Shown: positions 56,611 through 64,000 of the stretch, in pieces
How the letters are laid out: every line of letters starts with the position of its first letter
How positions within the stretch are numbered: the stretch's first letter is position 1
Assembly (NCBI GenBank): GCA_963555985.3
Contig: OY820591.1
Location: forward strand, 1,632,001 to 1,696,000
DNA: 64,000 nucleotides
Reading direction: 5' to 3'
DNA from: Dehalococcoidia bacterium
GTDB taxonomy: Bacteria; Chloroflexota; Dehalococcoidia; Bin125
Notes under the pieces: model-generated
The model's input: the letters and a program-made list of their open reading frames with translations, nothing else
Told to the model about the DNA's origin: nothing
The model's database searches: none
Program-made: the position numbers and the translations under genes

Positions 56611-58032
56611 TTAGAGCTGATTTCTCATGCTGGCGATGCGGCCGCGGTCGACGGGCGGGAGGTGGAAGAACTCGATCCGGGTGGTTGGCGGTTCGAGTTG
56701 GGGTTGGGCCAGCTCGTGGCAGTAGCGGTCGGCGTCCAGGAGGTCGTCGTCGCGGTCCCGGGGTTGGGGGTTGGCGGCGCGGGGGTCTCGCCACTGGTAC
56801 TCCCTCATGCGGCGCGGGAACTGGACGAGCTCGGGGGTGTAAAAGGACGTCGGCGGGTCGGCGGCGAGCCGCTCTTGCACCAGGCCGATGCCCTGGTGGA
56901 CGGAGCCGGGGCCGCCCCGGCTGGGGCGGATGTCGCGCCCGCGGCGGTGAAGGTGGTCGATCCAGGCGGACTGCGTGCGGTCGGCGTTCCAACTGATTGA
57001 GCCGAAGCGCCGGCGGCACTGGAGCATCCACTGTTCGAGCCGCTGGGTGACGCCCGGGCCTCTGTCCTCGAACTCGGCCAGGCGGATCAAGACGCCCGGT
57101 CCGCAGACGGCATGGCGGGTGGTGAGGCCGGCGACGATGCCGGCGGTGTAGTGGGCCTGTTCGGTCTGGGCGCCGAAGTCGAGGCCGCCGAGGTAGCGCT
57201 CGAAGCTGGGCAGGCGCTTGTCCCAGAGATGCAGTTTGGGGTCGAACTTGGGGTAGACGAGGCCCTCGAAGGCGTCGAAGCGTCCTTCGATGAAGCGTTC
57301 GACCCAGTCGGGCGGGAGCAGGGCGCGTTGCTGCTCGGCGTAGTTCTCGGGTAGGTGGGGGTTGTCTTCGATCTTGGCGGGGATGAAGCGGGCTTGTCCG
57401 CCGGCGTGCTCGAGTTCAGCTTTGTTCAGTTCGCGTTGGACGAACCAGCGCTCGAACCAGCCCGGGTGCGGATTGGAGGCGGCCACGAACCAGCGTTGGG
57501 GCTGGGCCGGGTGACGCAGGCGAGTGAGCAGCATCTGGGCGGCTTCTTCGGCCACTTCGCCGGCTTCGTCTATGAGCACGGTTCCGTACTGCTGGGAGCC
57601 GAGGCCGGTCCAGTCGGAGAGATGGCGAAAGTGGATCGTGGAGGGTTCGCTCGAGTACTGGAGGCTGCTGACCGTGAGGGAATGGGTGGGTGAACTGCGG
57701 CGTTGGATGGTGAGGTCGGGGTCTGCGGTGCAGATGCGCAGGAACTCGCCCATGGTCGTGGTGTAGAGGTCTGTGAACGTGTCGCGTGCGAGCAGGATGT
57801 TGTTGCCCGGGAAGATCAAGGCCGCGTCCAGGGCGAGCTCGGCCAGGGCGCGGGTCTTGCCGCCGCCCATGGCGCCGCCGTAGCCGACCAGGGCGAGGCC
57901 GGGATTGGGCACGGTAGCGACTGCGCAACAGAGCTCGCGCTGTCTGTCCGTCGGAAAAAAACCGCGAGACTTGTGCAAGCGGTCGAACGCAACGACCGCC
58001 CGCTTTGAGCTGGGGGTATTACTGTGGCTCAT
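56611..58032 (-). CDS. Phage terminase large subunit
   Basis: YGGAMGGGKT Walker A, VLIDEA Walker B, ASNP coupling motif, DNPHL, GLDFG RNase H Asp, DDDLLDADRY. Confidence 0.88.
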   Translation of the reverse strand: MSHSNTPSSKRAVVAFDRLHKSRGFFPTDRQRELCCAVATVPNPGLALVGYGGAMGGGKTRALAELALDAALIFPGNNILLARDTFTDLYTTTMGEFLRICTADPDLTIQRRSSPTHSLTVSSLQYSSEPSTIHFRHLSDWTGLGSQQYGTVLIDEAGEVAEEAAQMLLTRLRHPAQPQRWFVAASNPHPGWFERWFVQRELNKAELEHAGGQARFIPAKIEDNPHLPENYAEQQRALLPPDWVERFIEGRFDAFEGLVYPKFDPKLHLWDKRLPSFERYLGGLDFGAQTEQAHYTAGIVAGLTTRHAVCGPGVLIRLAEFEDRGPGVTQRLEQWMLQCRRRFGSISWNADRTQSAWIDHLHRRGRDIRPSRGGPGSVHQGIGLVQERLAADPPTSFYTPELVQFPRRMREYQWRDPRAANPQPRDRDDDLLDADRYCHELAQPQLEPPTTRIEFFHLPPVDRGRIASMRNQL

Positions 58033-58375
58033 CCTCTTCCTCTTCGCTTTCCTCGTCCTCCGTCAGGGGGACGTCTTCGCCGCGCATGAGGGCGGCTGCT
58101 TGGGCGTGGACCGAGTGGAGGTGGAACTCCTTCTGCTGCTCAGCGGTGAGCGGGGCTTCGGGCAGGTGGGGGGAATGGTTGGGCCGGGGCGGGGGCTCGG
58201 GGTGGGGTTCGATGCCGAGCGCGTAGTGGATCTCGCGGCTCTTGGGGTTGGCGGGGGAGAGTTCGCGGCGCAGGATGGCGAAGGCTTGGGCGCGGACGTA
58301 GCCGGGTTCGCGCTTGGAGAAGGCGAGCTCGCCGACGCCGGCCATGGCGGACTGGTAGCTGTAGTTGAAGGGCAT
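58019..58375 (-). CDS. Hypothetical protein overlapping the terminase start (small-subunit position)
   Basis: AGAGGA RBS, TATAAG-like -10 upstream, 14-nt overlap with TerL, acidic tail. Confidence 0.6.
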   Translation of the reverse strand: MPFNYSYQSAMAGVGELAFSKREPGYVRAQAFAILRRELSPANPKSREIHYALGIEPHPEPPPRPNHSPHLPEAPLTAEQQKEFHLHSVHAQAAALMRGEDVPLTEDEESEEEEDEPQ

Positions 58376-58488
58376 GGGTCGGGGTTCCTCTCTTGCTGAA
58401 TGAAGGACACTTGATCTTATATGGATGGGTGTTCGGGTGGGTAATTTGGGGTGTGTCGTGGTTGACTGAGGGTTGGGTGCTGGTCACG

Positions 58489-58572
58489 GCGAGATACCCG
58501 CGACGGGGCGCGGGTATGACGGAGCTTGTTTGGGGCGGGTATGGCGGAGCTCTGGGCGCGGGTATGACGGAA
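58489..58572. repeat. Tandem truncated REP-like units GCGGGTATG(A/G)CGGA x3
   Basis: GAGATACCCGCG-acgggg-CGCGGGTATGACGGA followed by two partial copies. Confidence 0.7.
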
Positions 58573-58626
58573 ATGGGGATTTAGGCGCAGGTCTCCAAAC
58601 GACAGAGCGACAACTTGACCAACTAT

Positions 58627-58702
58627 TGGTGGGCCGGGCTGGATTCGAACCAGCGACCGAGCGGTTATGAGCCGCCTGCTCTGACCCCTGAGCTACCGGC
58701 CC
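58627..58702 (-). tRNA. tRNA with CAT anticodon, probably tRNA-Ile2 (lysidine-modified); elongator Met not excluded
   Basis: GGGCCGG/CCGGCCC acceptor stem, TAGCTCAG D-arm, CTCATAA anticodon loop, GGTTCGAATCC T-arm, encoded CCA. Paired 1:72 excludes the initiator. Confidence 0.93.
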
Positions 58703-58767
58703 CGTGTTCGTGGCAATCTGGAGCGAGTCTACAGGGGAGTTGCGGGGGCTGTCTTAGGCTGCGGCGT

Positions 58768-59346
58768 ATGTGGCGTTGCCGGCCGGTCTCTGTGCTCTCG
58801 CTTGTGGCGGTTGCGTTTGCGGTGTTGGCCTGTGGGCCGGTGCCGGGCATTTCGGGGGAGTCGGCCAATCTGGGCGGGGTGCTGCCGCCCGCGACCGCGC
58901 GACCGAGCGGTCTAGACGCCTATCTCGAACTCCCCGACGACGTCGAACAGGTCGTCTTCCCCTACTCGGAGGTGACGATTGAACGGGAGGCCGGCGTTCT
59001 CACCCTGGGCGTACTCGTGGCGAACACGGGCGAGCGGCGTCAGCGCGGGCTGATGTACTGGACCGGTTTGCCCGCGCAGATGGGCATGATCTTCATTTGG
59101 GAAGGCGGCGGCGAGCGTTACGGCGGGTTCTGGAACCAGAACGTGCCGATGGACTTGAGCGTCGCGTTCCTGGATCGGGACGGCGTCGTGATGGAGTTCG
59201 TCACCCTGTACGCGCAGGACGACGAGGTGAAAGCGCCCGCTCAAGCCTACGCCTACGCGCTCGAGGTTCCGCGCGGCCGCTTCGAGCAACTGGGCATTCG
59301 CGTTGGCGATCGGGTGCGGATTCCGCAGTCGCTCTGGGCGGAGTGA
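58768..59346 (+). CDS. DUF192-domain lipoprotein
   Basis: Lipobox VLAC, VANT.ERRQRGLM, GMIF, FWNQNV.MDLSVAFLD, YALEVP.G, IRVGDRV. Confidence 0.85.
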   Translation: MWRCRPVSVLSLVAVAFAVLACGPVPGISGESANLGGVLPPATARPSGLDAYLELPDDVEQVVFPYSEVTIEREAGVLTLGVLVANTGERRQRGLMYWTGLPAQMGMIFIWEGGGERYGGFWNQNVPMDLSVAFLDRDGVVMEFVTLYAQDDEVKAPAQAYAYALEVPRGRFEQLGIRVGDRVRIPQSLWAE

Positions 59347-59483
59347 GAGTCGCGCTTGCCGGATTTGACGGCGCTCAACATCCGCCTACGTGGTAGACCA
59401 TCGCCGAGAGTGCTAGGATGATTTCGCAAAATAGGCGGTCGGGCACAGCTCGATCCCGACTGGACGCAGATACGGAGCGCAAG

Positions 59484-59582
59484 ATGAAACGAATCGTTGG
59501 CATCGGAGCGCTGCTGGCCGTTCTGGCCGCGGTCGCCCGCGTGATTATGGGCCGCCGTCGCGACGCGGAGGATGAAGCGTAG
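59484..59582 (+). CDS. 32-aa single-TM small protein
   Basis: GGAG RBS; MKRIVGIGALLAVLAAVARVIMGRRRDAEDEA*. Confidence 0.5.
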   Translation: MKRIVGIGALLAVLAAVARVIMGRRRDAEDEA

Positions 59583-59647
59583 CCAGTCGCCCGAATGGCG
59601 CCAGCCCGCAGCAGCCCCCAGCCCAGTTCACGACCCGGTAGCGGGCC

Positions 59648-61096
59648 GTGAGCGAGCCCCTGTTCCTCGCTCTGGACGCGGGCACGTCCAGTTGCCGCGC
59701 GCTGGTCTTCGACCGACAAGGCCGCCTGCGCGCCAGTGCCCAGCGCCCACTCGCCGTCGGCTTCCCGCAGCCCGGCTGGGTCGAGCAATCCGCGACGGAG
59801 ATCCTGAGCGCGCAGGTCGCGGTCGCGCGGGAGGCGGTCGCGCAAGCCGGCGGCCCCGGCCAGTTCGCAGGCGCCGCCATCGTCAATCAGCGCGAGACCG
59901 CCCTCGTCTGGGAACGCGACAGCCGCAAGCCGATCGCGCCCGCGATCGTCTGGCAGTGCCGCCGCACGGCAGAGCAGGCGGCGGCGCTGTTGCGCGAACA
60001 CGGCGACGAAATCCACACCCGCAGCGGGCTGCGAGCCGATGCGTACTTTTCGGGTCCCAAGATCGCCTGGCTGCTCGAGCACACGCCGGGCGCTCGTGAA
60101 CTCGCCCAGCGCGGAGCGCTGCTCGCAGGCACGGTCGACACCTGGCTGCTGGCCAATCTGTGCGCGGGCAATCCTCATCTGACCGACCGCACCAACGCCT
60201 CGCGCACGATGCTCTGGAACCTGCGCGACGGACATTGGGATGACGAGCTCTGCGAGTGGCAGCGCGTCCCGCGCTCGATGCTGGCCGAAGTGCGACCGAG
60301 TGTCGGCGACTTCGGACGCATCGACCGAGAGCTCCTGGGCCGCGAAATCCCCGTGCTCGCGGTCGCGGGCGACCAGCAGGCGGCGCTGATCGGACACGGC
60401 ATTGCGCAGCCCGGCTCCGCCAAGTGCACCTACGGCACGGGCGCGTTCGTACTCGCCCACGCCGGAACCTCGCGCAGCGCCCCGCCCGGCCTGCTCCTGA
60501 CCGCCTCCGCCGACGGCGGCGTGGCCTACGAGGGCGGTGTCTTCACCGCCGGATCGGTCGTGCAATGGCTGCGCGACCAACTTGGCTTTGCCGAAGACGC
60601 CGCAGGCATCTCGGCGCTCGCCGCCTCCACGCCCGACTCCGGCGGCGTCTCGCTGATTCCGGCGCTCTCCGGCATCGGCGCGCCTCACTGGGCGGCAGCG
60701 GCGCGAGGCGCGATCGTCGGCCTCAGCCGGGGCACGACCAAAGCCCAGATCGCCCGAGCCGCGTTGGAGGGAATCGCCTTCCGCGTGCGCGAGATCGTGG
60801 AGGCGATGGAGGCGGACGGAACCCCAGTCGCCGAACTCAAGACCGACGGCGGCATGAGCGAGAGCGAGATCATGCTCCAAATTCAGGCGAACGCGCTCCA
60901 GCGTCCGGTCGCACGTCCGCAGATGCTGGAGACGACTGCGCTCGGCGGGGCGCGTCTGGCGATGCAGGCGGCGGGCGTGGCCTACGAGGGCGTCGATCAG
61001 GCGGCGATCCGGTTCGAGCCGACCGCCGATCTGGAGGCGGCCTATGCACGCTGGGCCTCGGTGCGCCGCGCTGTGCAACAACTCGACAGCGGCTGA
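59648..61096 (+). CDS. glpK: Glycerol kinase
   Basis: LDAGTSS, PQPGWVEQ, NQRET, IVWQCRRT, YFSGPK, TNASRT, GDQQAAL, KCTYGTG. Confidence 0.93.
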   Translation: MSEPLFLALDAGTSSCRALVFDRQGRLRASAQRPLAVGFPQPGWVEQSATEILSAQVAVAREAVAQAGGPGQFAGAAIVNQRETALVWERDSRKPIAPAIVWQCRRTAEQAAALLREHGDEIHTRSGLRADAYFSGPKIAWLLEHTPGARELAQRGALLAGTVDTWLLANLCAGNPHLTDRTNASRTMLWNLRDGHWDDELCEWQRVPRSMLAEVRPSVGDFGRIDRELLGREIPVLAVAGDQQAALIGHGIAQPGSAKCTYGTGAFVLAHAGTSRSAPPGLLLTASADGGVAYEGGVFTAGSVVQWLRDQLGFAEDAAGISALAASTPDSGGVSLIPALSGIGAPHWAAAARGAIVGLSRGTTKAQIARAALEGIAFRVREIVEAMEADGTPVAELKTDGGMSESEIMLQIQANALQRPVARPQMLETTALGGARLAMQAAGVAYEGVDQAAIRFEPTADLEAAYARWASVRRAVQQLDSG

Positions 61097-61114
61097 TCGG
61101 CATAGACTCGACTC

Positions 61115-62737
61115 ATGGCGACGCCTGAATACGACGTGATCATCATCGGCGGCGGGATCAACGGCGCGGCGGTCGCCTCCGCCGTCGCCGCGCGGGGATA
61201 CCGCACGCTGGTGCTCGAACAAGGCGACTTCGCCTCGGGTACGACGGCGGCCTCGACGAAGCTGATTCACGGCGGCCTGCGCTATCTCGAAACGGGCGAT
61301 GCGCGGCTCGTGCACGAGTCGTTGCAGTCGCGCGAGCGGCTCTTGCGCGAGCGTCCGCATCTCGTCCGTCCGCTCGGCTTCGTGCTGCCGGTCTATCGCG
61401 GCGACCCGCGCCCGCCCTGGCTGATTCGAGCCGGGTTGTCGCTCTACGACCTGCTCTCGCCGCGCAAGGTCTCACCCTGGCACTCGTCCTTCTCGGAGCG
61501 AGCACTCCAGCGCTTCGAGCCGGCGATTGCGACGGACGGCCTGCGCGCCGCCTACCTGTACCACGACGCGCAGGTCTGGATGCCGGAGCGGCTCTGCCTC
61601 GAGTATCTGGCCGAGGCGCGCGCGTCGGGAGCGGATCTGCGCAACTACGCGGCGGTCGATTACATCATCGTGGACGGCGGACGGGCGCGAGGCGTGGACT
61701 TCCACGACGTGCTGAGCGGGCGGCGCTCGTCGGCTCAGGGGCGGTTGGTGATCAACGCGGCTGGGCCGTGGGTCGATGCGGTGCTCGATGCGACCGGGCG
61801 GAGCTTGCGCAGGCGGATCGGCGGGACTCGGGGTTCGCATCTGGTCTTGGACTTGCAAGGCCGCGGGCCCAAGCACGCGGTGCTCGCCAGCGCGCGCTCG
61901 GACGGACGCCCGATCTTCGTCACGCCCTGGCTGGATCACCACATCGCAGGCACGACCGATGTGCGCGACGACGATGAACCCAACGATGTTCGCGCCGCGC
62001 CCTGGGAGATCGACTACCTGATCGCAGAGGCGTCGCGGGTGCTACCCGGGATCGGGATCGAGCATCGCAACGTGCTCTACGCCTATAGCGGCGTGCGCCC
62101 GCTGGCGCAGGCGGGCGAAGGCGTGTTCGAGGGCGCGATCACGCGCCGCTCGTTCGTCGTCGACCACGAGTCCGAGGGTGTGCGGCGGCTGGTCTCGGTG
62201 GTAGGCGGGAAGCTGACCACCGCCGCTGAACTGGGCAAGAGCGTCGCCAGCGAAGTCCGCCGGCAGATCGGTCGCCCGCGAGCGCGAGGGGTCGCTGCGC
62301 TGCCTGCGCGCGTGAGCGGGCGGGCGACCTTCCTGGCGGCGGAAACGCAAGAGCATCTGCGCAACGTCTACGGCCCCAGAGCGCCCGAAGTGGCCGCCTA
62401 CACCGCGCTCGATCCGGCGCTGGCCGAGCCGATCTCGCCGCATCACCGCGAGATCGGAGCGCAGGTGGCCTTTGCGGTGGAACATGAAGGCGCGAGAACG
62501 GTCGGCGACGTGCTGCTGCGCCGCACCGCGGTCGGCCTCACCTGGGATCTCGGTCGCGCCGCCGCGCCGCGCACCGCCGAGCTGATGGCGGAGCGCCTGC
62601 GCTGGGACGCAGACGTGCGCGCCCAAGCGGTGCGCGACTACTTCGCCGAGCTGCACCGGCGCTTCGTCATCCTCGACCCGAGCACCGGTTCGGAGACAGC
62701 TCCGCCGCAAGAGCTGCGCGAGCGTCGGTCGGTGTGA
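61115..62737 (+). CDS. glpD: FAD-dependent glycerol-3-phosphate dehydrogenase
   Basis: IGGGING, DFASGTT..STKLIHGGLRYLE, INAAGPWVD, GVRPL, GGKLTT. Follows glpK. Confidence 0.92.
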   Translation: MATPEYDVIIIGGGINGAAVASAVAARGYRTLVLEQGDFASGTTAASTKLIHGGLRYLETGDARLVHESLQSRERLLRERPHLVRPLGFVLPVYRGDPRPPWLIRAGLSLYDLLSPRKVSPWHSSFSERALQRFEPAIATDGLRAAYLYHDAQVWMPERLCLEYLAEARASGADLRNYAAVDYIIVDGGRARGVDFHDVLSGRRSSAQGRLVINAAGPWVDAVLDATGRSLRRRIGGTRGSHLVLDLQGRGPKHAVLASARSDGRPIFVTPWLDHHIAGTTDVRDDDEPNDVRAAPWEIDYLIAEASRVLPGIGIEHRNVLYAYSGVRPLAQAGEGVFEGAITRRSFVVDHESEGVRRLVSVVGGKLTTAAELGKSVASEVRRQIGRPRARGVAALPARVSGRATFLAAETQEHLRNVYGPRAPEVAAYTALDPALAEPISPHHREIGAQVAFAVEHEGARTVGDVLLRRTAVGLTWDLGRAAAPRTAELMAERLRWDADVRAQAVRDYFAELHRRFVILDPSTGSETAPPQELRERRSV

Positions 62738-62754
62738 GCGCTGTACTTCGGGCT

Positions 62755-64000
62755 TCAGGCGCCCCGAGGCCGCCAGCGCTGCAATCGAAGCGCATTCGTG
62801 AGCACGGTCAGGGAACTCGCGATCATGGCGATCGCGGCGACGATCGGCTCAAACTGACCGGTAGCGCCGAAGAGCCAGATCAAGCCGCCGGGCACGCCTC
62901 CGGCCAGGTCGAAGATCGGTACGGCGATTCCGGCGGCGAGCGGTATCAGCAGCACGTTGTAGGCGAAGGCGAAAGCCAAGTTCTGGCGCACGATTCGGCG
63001 CGTGTCGCGGGCGAGCAGAAGGCCCCAGGCGGCGCGTTCCGGATCGCTCTGCATCACCGTCACTTGGGCGGTCTCCAGCGCGATGTCGGAACCGGAGCGC
63101 ATCGCCAGCCCGACATCCGCCTGGGCCAGCGCAGGCGCATCGTTAATCCCGTCGCCCACCATCGCCACGACTTCGTCCTGCGCTTGCATTCGCGCGATCT
63201 GGGCCGCCTTCTCCTCGGGCAGCACGCGAGCGTAGAGGTCGTGGATTGCGGCATCGGTAGCGACTCGCCGGGCGGCAGCTTCCGTGTCGCCGGTGATCAG
63301 CGTGGAAGGAATGCTGCTCGATCTGAGCAGATTGACCGCTCGCAGCGCGGACGGCTTGGTCCGATCGGCCAGCCGGATTATGCCGATCAGCTTGCCCTCG
63401 CGGGCGACGTAGACCGGAGTCGCCGGGGAATCCGGCGCGTCTTCGATCGAGACCCGCAAATCGGACATCAGGCGCGCGTTGCCGACCGCGACTTCGCAGC
63501 CGGCGACCGTGGCCACGGCACCCCGCCCCGGGCGTGTCCGGAATTCGTGGGCGGGCGGCACGCTGAGCTCGCGCTCGGCGGCGTACTCACAGATCGCTTG
63601 GGCCAGGGGATGCTCGGAGTGAGCTTCGACTGCTGCCGCTGTGGAGAGCAGGAAGTCCAACTCGGATTCGACCAGTTCGCAGTCCACGACCTCGTGCCGC
63701 GCGGTGGTCAAGGTGCCCGTCTTGTCGAAGACGACGCGCGTCACCCGGCCGGCGGTCTCCAGCGCTTCGGCGTCGCGGAAGAGCACGCCAATCCTGGCCG
63801 CTCGTCCGGATCCGGCCGCAACTGCGGCCGGCGTAGCCAGTCCCAGCGCACAGGGGCAAGCGACCACGAGCACGGCGACGGCGCTGAGCAGCGCTGCGGT
63901 GAAGGCGGGCTGGGGGCCAAACGCGGCCCAAAGTGCGAATGTGAGCAGCGCGACGACTACGACCGCCGGGACGAACACCGACGCGATCTGATCGGCCAGC
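62755..64000 (-). CDS. copA: Heavy-metal (Cu+-type P1B) P-type ATPase, C-terminal part
   Basis: ACPCALGLATP, DKTGT, SEHPL, TGD, MVGDGINDAPALA, YN and M.xSS motifs. 5' part lies outside the window. Confidence 0.88.
   Translation of the reverse strand, partial: LADQIASVFVPAVVVVALLTFALWAAFGPQPAFTAALLSAVAVLVVACPCALGLATPAAVAAGSGRAARIGVLFRDAEALETAGRVTRVVFDKTGTLTTARHEVVDCELVESELDFLLSTAAAVEAHSEHPLAQAICEYAAERELSVPPAHEFRTRPGRGAVATVAGCEVAVGNARLMSDLRVSIEDAPDSPATPVYVAREGKLIGIIRLADRTKPSALRAVNLLRSSSIPSTLITGDTEAAARRVATDAAIHDLYARVLPEEKAAQIARMQAQDEVVAMVGDGINDAPALAQADVGLAMRSGSDIALETAQVTVMQSDPERAAWGLLLARDTRRIVRQNLAFAFAYNVLLIPLAAGIAVPIFDLAGGVPGGLIWLFGATGQFEPIVAAIAMIASSLTVLTNALRLQRWRPRGA

Noticed and set aside
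56145-58702. Complete prophage or genomic island with att sites at the tRNA
   Set aside because: No duplicated tRNA 3' end, integrase or structural genes seen; core genes flank both sides.

Overview
GC-rich bacterial chromosomal window, probably Chloroflexota (Dehalococcoidia/SAR202-like). This is inferred from the Tat-lipoprotein family-5 solute-binding proteins with Q/A-rich linkers and from gene content, not proven. Most of it is housekeeping and catabolism: nudC (partial), fhs, a ProVWX betaine-type ABC operon with two binding proteins, smpB-tmRNA, a Dpp-type transporter, mutS-mutL, a stand-alone NuoE/NuoF(HydC/HydB)-like pair, acyl-CoA dehydrogenase and CoA-transferases, rph, DUF1015-serA-aminotransferase, selA, mutS2, rarA, glpK-glpD and copA (partial). 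Three accessory islets stand out. (1) 27.7-33.5 kb: an orphan DGQHR (DndB-like) gene followed by a 48-aa Zn-ribbon ORF missed by the ORF track, plus two tandem single-chain DNA methyltransferase-HNH fusions with different central domains. (2) 37.2-39.6 kb: an Mrr-like nuclease and a macro-like protein. (3) 56.2-58.7 kb: an apparently intact solo phage terminase large subunit and a coupled small gene, flanked by REP-like palindromes, 3' of a tRNA(CAT), with no other phage genes. No CRISPR array, rRNA, integrase or transposase was seen. All calls come from reading motifs by eye; no database searches were run.
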